Part shown: in pieces, positions 11,583 to 24,720 of the stretch
How positions within the stretch are numbered: the first letter of the stretch is position 1
Layout of the letters: each line of letters opens with the position of its first letter
Origin: Tricharina praecox
Lineage: Eukaryota
DNA: 64,000 nucleotides
Direction of reading: 5' to 3'
Assembly (NCBI RefSeq): GCF_024521635.1
Contig: NW_026250439.1
Coordinates: 124,001 to 188,000, forward strand
Notes under the pieces: generated by a model
Database searches by the model: none
What the model was told of the DNA's origin: nothing
Seen by the model: only the letters and a program-made list of their open reading frames with translations
Program-made: the position numbers and the translations under genes

Positions 11583-13719
11583 TCTAATTGTGCGTTGATT
11601 CTTGAAGTAGAGGGTTGTGGTTGTGAAAGGTAGGATGTGAGGGAAACTGTGGTCGCGATGCGAAAGTGAATGAGTGGTTGTGGGCTGGAAGCAAAGACGT
11701 TGTGGAGAAGAAGTTGTGGAACGAAGTTGTGGAGAATTTGTTGAAAGAAGTGGTCGAAAATTTCTGGCGATGGGAAGAAGTTGTTCCGAACTTGCTGTGA
11801 AGTGAAGAAGGAAGGGAAGAGAGGGAGAGGGGGATCGAGGAAAAGGGAGGACGAGGGAAAAAAGCGCTTGCCTCGGAGATTGTTAGGGCTAGACAGCGTG
11901 GTAGAGCTCTAAACATTCCATCACTCGACAACCTGTAATCTCATCACTACTTGCACTAGCGATTGAACCTGACTGTGACGACGGCGATAGGACTAGCTCT
12001 CTACCCGCGCAGAGCTGGCAGGAAATATCGCGTTTATGATGGTCATAGTCCAGAGAGGCCGTATGTGACGAATCCGAATGCTTCTAATATCGAACGGCCA
12101 GCGTGTGCCGAGTCCTCGCATCGACGCACATCCCGAACAGATATCTCATAGTTTGCGTAAATACCATAGATAAACAGTTTATGCCAGCAGCAGCGGATCT
12201 TTTGTCACACAGTTACGAGTAACTGCCGGAGCTCGTCTACCGGCCATACAATCTTCATGTCTCACATCTGCACGGCAACGGTCCTATTGTTATGCCCATC
12301 CGTATCTTCACGGGTCAGGTATCTTACGGATGTTGCATTGCGCCCCCGCCCCCTCTGCACTCCGTCGAGCATGGTCATCCCAGTGCTTATCTCCCGATTA
12401 CTCAGGCGCCCGTACGTAGTACCCTCCTTTCCTTCCCTCCCGCTCGAACACACCTCATCCCGCCGCTCCTCCGACCAGATCACCCACTCTCACTCGCGTT
12501 TCCCACTATCCTGTCTCGTCGAAACCAGCGGTTGCGGTTCGGTGAAAGTGGATCGTCTAGCAAAGTGGCGGGCGGGACGGACTACTCTTGGAGCGTAAGG
12601 AGCGGAGAGGTTTGACTGCAGGGAGGTTTGGGCCGCTGGACGGAGAGCAATAGGGCTCGGAAACCGGTATCGAGCTCGCGGCCAGCGGTCGGCGCCAATA
12701 GCCGGGGGAGACGGATATATAATCTGCATGATCTACTCTACAGTACCAACGACGAAGGTAGTGATGATGCAACAAAAAAAAAGCCTGTAACGCAAGGCGT
12801 GTCACATGATACTACCGAGTGATATTTAAGTACCACTCGTAGTGCTCTACTCCGTCACGCCGAAAACAAGAAACCGTCACCACCCCCGGCCGGTGGGTGG
12901 CTTGGTTTCGAAGCCCCAAGAGGTTCAGTCAATCCAAAGGTCATTCACCGGAACATTCCCTCATTCCCTCAATTCCCCTCGTCGATCGATCGATTGCATG
13001 GCGCAGTCGGTACTTAGTAGACTACTAGACCACGTGAGGGTTTTCCGTGCTAGAAACATGAATGCGATGCTTATAAACGACGGACAAGCTCCGCCACAAC
13101 TCTGGCTGCGTTGGACGAGCGAACGGCATGTCACGTGATTTGAAGGGATCTAGTGCGATGGATTTCAAGTTTAAACGAACGGTAAAGACAGCGCGTTAAT
13201 TGTGGGGAATGTTTGTGAATGCTGTGTCTGTGACGAGGAAGGGGGGTGTTGTCGTTGTCGTTGTCGTTGTCGTTGCCGGTAGTGGTGTTGGTTTCTATTT
13301 CATCACACTGCACTGTATTCACAATAGGTACTTTCAAGAGTCAAGACTATGGCTGCGAAGTATGTACGTTGTTGCTCTTCCTGTCCACAGTCCTGTCACG
13401 GCAGATGATTAGTCAGAATACCGGCCCTTCCGACTCCTCTGGCTAGGTAGGTAGATTGAAGTCTTACTAAGGAAAGAAGCGACCAAGGAGGAAGCGGTAA
13501 ACATTGCGGCGAGCATCAAATGGATGACGTTTAGTTTTTGTGGTATAGACCGTGGCACTGTCTCGAGAGACCAAGGAATTCGCACACAGGTCACTACGGG
13601 GGCGTGGGAAGGGTATGTACTACTATGTCATTGCCAGCGACGAAGGATACGTTAAAGGATAACGAAGGAATTGCTTTACCTCTGAGTGTTTCGACGATTC
13701 CACCCGTGTAGAGCATCCT

Positions 13720-15540
13720 CCAGAGCCAAATACGGATCTCGCAGTGCAGTACTGCAGATAATATTTCGCGACAGCATCGCGCAGGAAATCTCTAGTATGT
13801 AGAGTACGACCCCCATCAAAGGAAGTGACAGCCGGTCACTCCATAAACTCTGCTTCATCATTAGATATCACTCATTTCCGAAGCCCTTTTCGATCGTTCC
13901 GATATCAAAATAATCAATACAGTGCTCGCTCTTCAGGGGTCGCCAATGGAGCGGACACATCACTGTGCATAGGGCTGTCTGAAATCGAATGGCAAAGCAC
14001 ATGCACTTTATTATTAACAGCATCGGGCGAGTTTGATGCTATGAAGCGGAGCTCGCCCACGCCATCGAGTCACGACTCTTTAAGTACATGTATCTCACCC
14101 ACTCCCGATGGTATACAATTCCTCCAGAAAGAGCGCAGTATCCTTTCCGGAACACCTGCACGGTATTATCTACTCCAGGTACTTTTATTCTCTCCCAACT
14201 CTCGAGCCTCGACAAGAACTATTGGTGTATTTTGTACTTTAGTTTTCTCGACCGAGCTAGGAAGCAGCATCACGACGGACTGGACTCCGATGTGTTTCTA
14301 TCTTACAGCACAAGCACAAGCACAAGCATAAGCACATTGTCGCCCCGGGGTGGTGGTGGATGAGTGAGTGCTCCGCCATGACGCCATCCGAATTCTCACA
14401 AAGCCTCACAAGTCCTCACAAATCCTCACAAATCCTCACAAATCCTCACAAATCCTCATAAATCCTCACCCATTTATGTCGCAGCTGCGCACTACTATAA
14501 TTATCATCACGGCTCTTCACTCTTCTAGATACCTCGCGTACAATTGATGATCAGGATCGCAGCAATCCTCGGGGTCTCAATCCCCGGCCGGCCAGAATGG
14601 GCAGGAAAGGAGTGCGACGTTTCGAACTACGCCATATTCTGGATAGGCTGCATGCAAAATCAACTGAAGATCCTATAGGGGGGCTCGCAAGACTGCAATC
14701 GCAACGCGTGACACCATTCGGCAAGAGACTCCTGGTAGAGTACCTACAACGCCCATAAAAAGAAGTGACCGCCGGCCACTGCACAAACTCTGCCTCATGC
14801 GGTATCACTCATTTCCTCAGTCCTTTTGGATCGTTCCGATATGTATCAAATCGAGTCCTCGCTCATCACTTGTCGCTATGTAACGTAGCGAAGAGAGCCT
14901 AATGGCTCTGTGCCCTCAACTGGCCGAAACTGAACGACAAAAAAAGCACGTGCTCTTGAATAACAAAACCGGGCGAGTTTGGTGCCATGAAGCGGAGCTC
15001 CCCCACGCCAACAACTCGCTGGACCCGCCAACGCTGATGCTCCCTACTATACTAACCACTTCCGCTTCATCCCCTCTAACAGAAATCCTTCATTACTTCC
15101 TCGAGAGCCAAATACGGGGCTCGCGGTGCTGTGTTATAAATCACAACGCTTGGCAACACTGCGCGAGAAATCCCTGGTATGTAGAGTAGGTACAACGCCC
15201 ATAAATGGGAGTGACAACCGGTCAGGGTCACAAACTCTGCCTCATGGGGTATCACTCTTTTCGGAAGTCCTTTTCGTTCCGTTGATATCAAAATAATCAA
15301 ATACAGTATTCACTTGTCGCCTGTCGGTTTAGTAATGAAGCGGACAGAGCCGGAATTCCCCTGTTACCAGGACTGGCAGAAACTGAACCACAAAGCACAT
15401 GCTCTTGAGCACATGCTCTTGTTCATCAATCAAGTCGGGCGAGTTTGATGCTATGAAGCGGCGCTCCCACACGGCAACAACTCTCTGGGTAAGCATCCTC
15501 ACAAATCCTCACCTATCACAAATCTCCACCCACTTGCGTC
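13720..15540. repeat. Three diverged copies of a ~300-400 bp unit, with an (AATCCTCACA)n tract at ~14390-14470
   Basis: Shared block GAAGTGAC.GCCGGTCAC..CA.AAACTCTGC.TCAT..GTATCACTC at ~13822, ~14762, ~15209, and CGGGCGAGTTTG.TGC.ATGAAGCGG at ~14024, ~14970, ~15436. Confidence 0.8.
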
Positions 15541-16314
15541 GCAGCTCCCTGCCAATTCACCTTACGGCTGCTCACGCTTCTACTCCAGATGAGTCACGTG
15601 CAATTGGTTAGGATTATAACCAAACCTGCAAACCTACTCTCTCTCGGATCTCGGGGCCTTGAGCCGTGGAGGAAAGTTTCCGGCGTCCACGACTCCACGA
15701 CTTCACTCCACGACTCTGTTCCAGCGAACAAACCGCCACAATCGACGTGCCAGCTCTCCCAGCTCCAGTATACTGGGTTTTCAGTTTCCACCACAAGTTT
15801 CAACTTTCTACTTTCGAAAGCAAGATGCTAAGGCATGCGTGTCACATGTGCTCGTCGGGAATCGGGAATTAGTATGGTATTTTAAGGTTCGCCTGAACTA
15901 GATGCCGCACATCACCTGTGTACCGGCACCACGGTGCTCCCGTTGCCTCGGGAGGCTTCCGTACTCGGTACTAGTAGATGGCGGCAATCCTATCACGATC
16001 ACGAACCAGCGTTCGCACCGACAGTCTAGGACTCTAGGTACCTATTCCATTCGACAGCCAACCACAGGTCCACAGCCAACCACGGCGATGCAAAACGCGA
16101 GGAGGTAGCAGAGCCGACTCCTGAGGATGAAACATAATCCATTTGAATCGTTCCTCACAAAAAAAACCAAACCAAAAACCAAAGGAAGATATATAAGCTA
16201 GTATAACTACAACCACGAATCGAAACCATCCCCCCATCCAGCCATCTTCACACATCGCTCATCCATATATTACACCCCACCCCACCCCACCCCGCCCCGT
16301 CCCGTCCCGTCCGC

Positions 16315-19300
16315 TCAACTCAAATCCACCCCCGGGCCCACGCTCACACCCATCTGCCTCCTATTTTCATTATCGATATCCTCGACCGTACGCACGAGCT
16401 CCTTCGTCTCTCGTGCCATATCAAACGCGAGCCCCGCGAGCTTGGACTTTCCATCCTTCGCCACTCTGTCCCCGCCATCCGCATCCAACCCCTCCCCCCT
16501 CCCCAGCCCCACCCTCATACCCACCATCCTCTCCAGACACGCGCCGAGATTCTTAACGATCCACTCAGCGCGGTCCCGGAGCGCGTGATTCTCCATCGCG
16601 GCCTCGGTGGAGGACAGGACTTTCCCCACGACCGCTTCGATCGACAGGATGTGCGCGCATAGCTGCCCCGCTGAGCTGTCCGCCTTGATCGCTTCCAGTA
16701 GGGACTGGATCGATTCTACGATCGCGTTGGTTTGGTTTTCGAGGAAGAGCTACCAGAAGGGGGTGGGCGTTAGTGGATGGTTGCGTGTGAGACAAGACAG
16801 TGGTAGGTGACAGGGGAGGGTTGGGGGGAGAGACGCGCGGCAAGGAGGGACGGGCACGCCTTCCGCATAGGGAGGTGCCACATAGGGAAGGAGGACAGGG
16901 ACAGGGGAGGGACACTCTACATATGTAGAGGAGCGTGGTATGGGAGTGAGGGAGGGTAAAGGTATCGTCATTTTCCTCTAGGTATGGTATAATGTTCCTC
17001 TACATGTCCGTTTTGTCCTGTCCTGTTCCGTGTCCCATATGTAGCAGTAAACAAGAGCGGCGGGCAGTAAAAAAAGAAGAAAAAAGAAAAAAGAAAACAA
17101 CCAGAAAACAAATTGAACAAACCGACAACAAGCAACCTCAAGGTCTATGGTGTTTATACAATCAAACCCCACCAATGAAAGAAAAAGCGCAAAACAACAG
17201 TCCGGATGAAAAAAGAAAAAGAGTAGGAGGCAATTAAACCGGAAATAAGGGCAACAAAGGACGAAGCAGCAGTCAGGAAGAAAACAAAAAAACAAAAAAC
17301 AAAGGCGCCAATCAATCAAATCAATCAATCAAGCATACTGCATATTCCGGCTTGGGGGCATAGGAAAATCGAGTGCACCTACCCTGAGCTCTTCAACCTC
17401 GCTTCTCGCGAACTGCGGCGGCGGCGCGCTGCCCCAATGCCTGCTCTCGGTGCCGATGGTACTGCCCAGTAGCGCGGACCCGTCTCTACTCCTGGGTCCG
17501 TTCCTGCTGCCCCGCGGCGAGTTGAGCGGACTATATAAAGAATCGTTACTTAACCGGTTTTCGGCTCCACTCACGTCCAGCTCCGGCACGTTGACGTTGA
17601 CGTTGCCGCCATTGCTGCCGTGGCCGTGGCTGTTGCGGTGGCCACCGGAGCCGCCGCCGTTTACGTGGTAAGTGGAGGAATCATGGTCACCCACCGGCAC
17701 CTCGTAGCGAGAATCCTCGTTCGGCGGCTCGGGGACGAACTCCTCCTCCTCGTCGGACTCGCCCTCTATCGTGGGGCGGATGCGCACCAGCTTGACCAGC
17801 TCGATGACAGACGCGGTGAGATGGGATGCGGCAGCGTCCAGCAGCGATACCGGCGACAGTCCGCAGCCGGTGGCGTGGTTCTTGGCCGCGGTGGTGAGGT
17901 TGTTCGCCGTGGCCGAGATGCGAGATTTCGCCCGGTTAACGGCCTCGCTCTGGTCCCGCTCGAGTCCCTTGGTTAGCGCGCGAGTCGCCATCACGACCGA
18001 TTTGACCTGGTCCAACGATTGGTGGAAGTTGATGCCGCGGGCGACCTTGAGCAGCTCGTCGATCGAGATCTGGAACTTTGTGAGGAGCACAGCCTTGACG
18101 AGGCCATTGGCATCGACCAGATTTCCCTCCTTCCCGAACAGTCCCCCCGAGGTTGGCACCTGAAGTCCGAGGGTCGAGCTTCGGATGGACCGGATCGTCG
18201 TCTTTGCCTTCGCGTACCGCGCCTTCCACTCCTGTACGTCGCCCTGAAGCTTTTGGATTTGCGCGTGGAGCCTCTCTTCCCGTTCATATGACTCATCAGC
18301 TCGTTCGGAAATGTCCTTCATCTGCTTGAGAAACTCCATCGCCTCCTTGCGAACCTCCTCCGTAACCTGTCTTCGTCAGCATCACGACCGCACTCGACAC
18401 CACTAACAGCCCAAAGCCCAAAGCATACCTCTTCCTGCTCCCTCAAATCCATTTTCAGATCTTCATGTTGTCGTAGCAATTCTTGATATTCGGCAGAACC
18501 TCCATCTCCACCACCACCTCCGCCTCCACTCCTCTTCAGCTGTCCAACTTCTTCCTGCAGATCCCTCACATGCTGCTGTAGCGACTGCTCACTCGCCGCC
18601 GAATCCGCCTTGACCCTATCGAGCTCCGACCGCAGATTATTATTCAGATTCTCAGCATCCGCCAGTTTCCCCTCGAGTTCGTGCCGGAGGTTATCCCATT
18701 CGCGCTGCTGGTCATGCTGTGACACGGGAAACTACGTCAGCCACAGCCACATTACGAGCGATATGTAAGGGGAGTGTGAAGAGAACAAACATCCTGATCC
18801 CTTGAGCCGCCGCCGCCGCCGCCCGAGGTCCTGAAAAGATTCAATTCCTCCTCCTTCTCCTCCAGACTCGCCTCGAGGCTTGAAACCTTGTCGTGTAGAA
18901 TCTCGACCTTGCTCTGGTACTCTGCGATGACTCTCTTATCCGCCTGCACACACACACCTTGTCAGTCCGCATTCTCCACAAGGGACAGAAACCAGCCAAC
19001 TTACATCATGCCCGGACCTACTGGCCATACTCCTGGCGCTCTCCCTCCTGCCAGGGTCATTGCTGCGGCGGTGGCCATTATCCTCGAGCCCAAACGCGTC
19101 CATATCGTCGTCGTCATCGCCATCATCATCCTCGACCATAGTGCTCTTATTCGGGATGATAGTGTTATTCTGAAACGTTTTCGGTAGCGGTCTTCCGAAC
19201 GAGTTCTGACCGTCGGGGCCCATGAGACCGCGCGGGGGCCCCGGTGGCGCGTTTTGCGGCGGCGGGCCGCGCGGTGCCCCGCGGTAGCCGTTCGTGCCAC

Positions 19301-20183
19301 CTGGTGTGCCCGGTGGTCCGTTGGGGCCAGGCCGGTACGGCCCGCCGGGGCGCATCATGCCTGGGCCCGGACTCCCCGCTCGCATCGGGCCCGGCGAGCC
19401 CATTCGCGGCGGCATTCCCGGCGAGCCCCGGCCGCCCATCGGCGGGATTCCGCGGCCATCCATGGAATTGGTCGGCGAGGTGATGGGCGGGATCAGGCCG
19501 GACTGGAAGCGGGGGAATCGCCGCTCGAGCTCGTAGAAGACGTCGGTGGCGAGGTCGCGGAAGCGCTCGGCGGGGAGCGTCGACAGCTTCTGCCGCGCCT
19601 GGTTGCGCTTCTCGTGGAAGTTCGGTTTCGGCGGCAGGAACGGCGGCGTGTCGCCCTCGGGGATTTCCTCGCCCGTGGACCCCGGCTCCCGCCGCTGTAG
19701 CTCGTCGTACACGTCCGTCGACAGCTCCTGGAACTGGATAACCGACAGCCGCAGCAGCTTGTCCCGCGCCCGGTTTGGCCGGATGCTGCCCTTCGTCCGC
19801 AGGAAGTCGCGCAGCCATTTCGCTAGTGCCGTGTGGTGCAGCGCCACCTGCTCCTCGAGCGCGATGTTCTTGAGCGTGACGGAGCCCTCGCTCGAGGCGT
19901 ACAGGCCGGTGCCGTCGGAGCTCCGGGCGATCGAGGCGGGCGGCGAGACGTTGTGGCGGCCGCTCATCGGGTTACTGCTCGGGGGCCCGCCAAACATCAG
20001 ATCGTTCTCGGGAGAGTTGTAGTTTTTGATTCCGGACCAGTCGCTGCCGGCGACGGAGACGGGAGAGAGGGCGGAGCGCGGAATGTTGGCATTGCCGTTG
20101 TTCATCGAGATGGATAGATTGCCGCTCTCATGACCTCGGATGGTTGGAGGGCTCTGCGGACTCGGGGGATCATTCGCGTTCAT
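16315..20183 (-). CDS. SPA2: Polarisome scaffold Spa2
   Basis: SHD repeats RARDKLLRLSVIQFQELSTDVYDELQRR and KRNQARQKLSTLPAERFRDLATDVFYELERR, coiled coil, GLSPVSLLDAAASHLTASVIELVKLV, C-terminal KLAGLAFDMARETKELV. Introns 18944-19004, ~18717-18790, 18367-18428, 16750-17382. Start is ATG 20183 or 20105. Confidence 0.93.
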
Positions 20184-23100
20184 CGTGTTCTTGGCGGGGG
20201 GTGTGGATTGGGGGGTGGTTTCAGGTATATCGTAGGGCACCTGGAGGAGACCAGTGACGTCCGATCTTTACTCTAAGTTTCCAGGATCTCGACGAGCGAC
20301 AGCAATCGCGATCGCAACGTAGTGGGGTATGGGGAGGGGGGTGGAGGTGGGGTGGGGCGTGAAGTATAGTAGAATGACTGTGCCTTCGTCGACGCCTGTG
20401 CAGTGAAACGTCTCGAATGGTCGCAGCGACTTTTCCGTGAACCCCCTTTCTCCGTTCAATGAACACGACACCCGTCGGCAACGACTGCCTAGCTATGCTG
20501 TAGCACAACGAGACTTGCTCGACCGGACCGAGGTATATGCGAGAGGGCGTGAAGTCGGGAATGGGGGTGTGGGTTTCGCGATGGAAAGAGTTGACCGTCT
20601 TCGGGTGGTGTGTGTAAGTGCGTGTGTGGGTGGGTGTGTATTGGGGGAGGAAGGGGAGTGCGAGCGATCTCTGGTTTGGTCTGGTGCTGGTGCTTGGGAA
20701 AAAAGGGCCGTTAGCAACAACGACGGGATCTTCTGCTCTGCAACCCTGGTATGGCTCGGTGTTGGTTCGTTCGTCGAGTTTCGGATAGCTCGGTATAGAG
20801 AAGGAAGTTCGTCGAAGGTGTCGGCCCCCCCTTTTTTTCTTGTAGCTTTCTCGGGTCGCTGCAGAACACAACTGTGGAAGCTATGGCAGGGAGGTTGAAA
20901 GGGCAGTTCCAGGGCGTATATGTGTCTCCTCCGTGGAGAACTTGTTCACTTCACTTTTCCCAGGGCGCGAGGAACCAGGTAGGTAGAGTAGGTAACTAAC
21001 CTGACGATGAGTGTTCTCCGCAACGCAAACCACCACCAACTTCCAGCCAACTTCCAGCCGCCGAGTACAGACGCTAAAGAGTCACGACGCCGACGCTTAA
21101 CATGGGAATTCTCTCAATCGGGATTCAGTCAAGGAGTCGATGGTGGTGCAATTGTCGAGTCGCGATGTCGAAGTCCTCGCGGTGTTCCTGTCTCGTCTCG
21201 TCTTGACAGACCTGTCTAGGCAGGGGGGGCCACCACCGACCCGAGTCCGGCCAGATCATAAGAGAGACACAGACATGAGCTCTGGGCGGGCGGGCACGCA
21301 CCTCGCACTAGTTCCCCCACCCACCCGCACCACCACCAGCACCACCACCACCCGCATCACCAGCAGCAGCACCAACATCATCTCCCAGAGACACGCCTTC
21401 TTCTCGCCCTGCTGTCGAGCGAGCAAGCCCCACGTCCCGACGCGGCGTTCCCGTGATGTTTCTCGCCTCGATCGTTTTGATTTCTCCGAAAAAGAAAAAC
21501 AGCGCCCGCATCCTGGCAGGCTGGCAGGGACCCAGGGTGGCCCTGAGTTCTGCACACGCACTAACCACTTCCGTCGACGGACTGGCAGGGGGTGGAGGGG
21601 GGAGTGAGATGTCGTGAACGATAATGCTGCTGACAGGACTCCTTGCTCGGATGGTCGGACCTCGATGGTTGCCGGCGCCGGTGCCGCTTCCGATGCCGGT
21701 GTACTTAGAGCCGGTGCGGAGTAGAGCCGGGAATACGTACCACTCCGGATATTCGTAGTTAGAGTTACCGGAATTCCTTCCGGCCCGATAGTATTACCGC
21801 TGCCGCGCGGTCGTGGCAGTGCTGCTTCTGCGCTTGGGGTTTGCCCTCGTAATCGGTTAAGGGCTTGATACCTATTCCTGTATACTGGTAACTATCTATC
21901 AAGATCAGAAATGATACGGGAAATGATACGGAGAAAGAAAGCAAACGAGGAGAGGAAAAGAGGAGAGGAAATAGAGCACGGCAGACCTGTAACCTATTTG
22001 CGAATGGGATGAGATAAACATGGCTCCTGATCGGAAGCAGTGCTAGAATAGGTACGTGGGGAAGAAAATCCCAACGATAGGTAGAAGAGGCCGAGGCTGG
22101 GGCCGAGGAGGTGGAGGATGCCGAGAAGGAGGAAGCCGAGAAGGAGGAAGCCGAGGAGGGTGAAGCCGAAGAGGAGGAGGAGGAAGAAGCCGAAGAGGGG
22201 AGCGCCGCCACCTGGGTATGAAGTCGAACAGGAATTCTCGCGGGCCGGTATTGCATTTGCAGGAGGTGATCATGTTTTTCCAATGTAAAATTGGTTGGTT
22301 GGTTATCGGTCGGTAGGTAGCAGCGTAGAAACGGGCCGTGGTTGTGGATGGAGCATTCTCTCAAGCGGAGCTGGCAGGAAAAATCTCGGGAAGGGAAGGG
22401 AAGTTGGTGGTTGCCGTAGTCTACCGTAGTAAACTGTAGTTAAGGCCGCACCGCATGCGATAATCAATTGATGTTCTCTGAGGTCTCACTCACTGGTACA
22501 CGGATTTTGAGCTGGTTAACGATAATGATAGGTACTGCCATTACGGTATTTATCTGGAGTAGGAATAGGAGTTGTAGTGGAAGTGGGAGGAGTGCGGGTT
22601 GTAGATGACAGCTACAGCACCGGGAACGTGCAGCCGATAAGTCGTGCCTCACCACCATTACGTATTATAATCTCAAGGTGAGGCAGCACTTACGCTTACA
22701 CTCGAGTACAGTATGTACGGTAGAATGCTTTGACATGTGGAGGGATTTGATTTCTTCCCATCATCGACCAACTAGATTGGCACTCGTACATAATCCATCA
22801 TCATCGGGTATCTTCTTATCCCCTCCTGGTCATGCTTTACCCTCGAGCACGTCCATCACCCGCTCAAGTCTCAATCTGCAGCCGTAGATACTAGGTCGGC
22901 ATACGAGGTATGCACACTCACTCACTCGTGCCTCAATTTGCCCCGCCATTAGCTGATCCTATGATTGCCATTGACCAAGCCATGGCTGACGCAAAGGTGA
23001 AGAGATCACCCGTTTCCCACTCGTTCCGTCAAGTACAGTGGGAACCAAGTAGTATAGTAGCATAGCAGTAGTATTCCAAGAACAGCCAGCAGAAGGTAAT

Positions 23101-23253
23101 CAACGAAAGTAGAAACCAAACAGTATAGTATAGGTAGTAGCAGTGAAGTGCAGTAGTATCAAGCACAGCCACCATCACCAAACCTAACCAAAGAAAAGCA
23201 AAGCAAATCCATCCCAAGCAAACGTACCGAACGCCCCTCCCATGCCCCACCCC

Positions 23254-24483
23254 CTAGAAGTAAGTCACACTCCACAGCGCCGGCAAATTAGTCCACTTCT
23301 CCTGCCACTTTCCGAGGACCTCTGGCACACGCGCATCCACGGTGCCACGCTCAAACGGTCTGCCGTCGGCATCAGCCCTATCGCGTTCCTCCTTCGCAGC
23401 GGCGGTGAGCATGTTCGCCAGCTCCAGGATCCCGCGCCCCCCCACGATCGCCTCCTCGTGGTTGTCCTTGATGTCGATGTTGATTACGTGCACTAGCCGG
23501 TTGAGAGGGGAGTTGCGGTTGGTTAGGTCTGCAATATTCACTGTTAGCGGAGTGAAGGTGGGGAGAGAGAGAGGGGGGGCGCACCATCCAGCACAGCGTC
23601 CCAGCATCTCTCCTCGCACGTGACGACGACGTCCACAACGCCCTCCTTAACGCCCTCCCCCCCTCCCCCACCCACAGCCCCACTCCCCTCCAGCCTCGGC
23701 ACGCCCACCTTCCAATCCTGCCAGCGCTCCGGATGTCCCTTGATGTGTCTATTGCGATCCAGCATCTGCAGCAATCCGTTTGCCGAGTACAGGCGGGGAT
23801 CCTTGCTCTTGAGCTCCTGGAACATCTCGTCGTAGGTGGTGCTGTTGAAGCTGTAGATGTTGGGCTTGTCGATCGACGGGCCGGGCAGCCGCACCGCAGA
23901 GCCGGTGCCGAACGAGATCACGGGGTACTTCGCTAGCGACAGGACCAGGTGCGCTTCCATTGATCTGTGAACACGGGGGGGGGTTCTCAGCGCGGGTTCG
24001 GAACGATTAGATCGCGCGCGCGGTGGGCGTGGGATGTGGGGGTCGCTTGGAGGGGCAGCAGCACGGGCTTGACGGGGATGGGTGGAGTGCAGTGGACGAG
24101 TGTGGATATTGACTCGCATCCGTCTCCGCCTCTTCGTCGACAGCAGATCATGCTGCCTCATCGACGAACAACGCAGACAGAGCAGGTACACAGGATTGAT
24201 CAGTGCAGCGAGATGGTGCATGATGTCTATATTCTACATAGTGGGCGTGGCCCTTGATATCCTTTTGTCCCAAGCTTCCAGCTGCTGCCCTCCATAGTGG
24301 TTCACGATACCGGCATGCGCAGATGCACGCGGAAGAGAAAGTCGACAGTGACACAGTAAAAGCGGGGACAAACCTGTTCTGGTTGCTGGCGCAGACCGTG
24401 CAAAACGTGAGGGGAAAGTCTTCGGCTCCGCTGGTAGAGATGCCTTCATGCGGCGGCTGGGTTTCCATTGCGGTGGTGGCCAT
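23254..24483 (-). CDS. SSU72: RNA polymerase II CTD phosphatase Ssu72
   Basis: Catalytic [13 protein letters not shown] spliced across intron 23965-24373; [31 protein letters not shown]; second intron 23529-23584; [14 protein letters not shown]. Confidence 0.96.
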
Positions 24484-24616
24484 TGCGATGGTAGATGTAG
24501 ATGTCGGTGTCGCTTCTTGGTGTGTTTCACGATTCTAGGTTCTTTCGAGACCGTTAGCTTTTGCAACACGTGTTTCGGTTTGGGTTTTCGCGAGAGGAAA
24601 AGTGGGGTAAGACGGG

Positions 24617-24720
24617 GGAAGTCAGAAAAAGCCTCTAGATGTCTATCCGCATCGCCAATTCCCCTGATAAAGGAGGAACGACTAAGACAGCTCCAATATA
24701 ATCTTAATTCATCACATGAG
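24617..24720 (-). ncRNA. Box C/D snoRNA in a 5'-UTR intron of SSU72
   Basis: Intron GTATGT 24790 to GCTAAC/AG ~24535-24542. Box C GTGATGA (24715-24709), guide TATTGGAGCTG complementary to conserved 18S CAGCUCCAAUA, D' CTTA, C'-like ATGCGGA, box D CTGA (24625-24622). Confidence 0.8.

Noticed and set aside
20184..20240. ORF-track start for SPA2
   Set aside because: It is a GTG; in-frame ATGs lie at 20183 and 20105.
21765..22364. 199-aa Ser-rich ORF
   Set aside because: Low-complexity trinucleotide-like repeats, non-ATG start, no domain.
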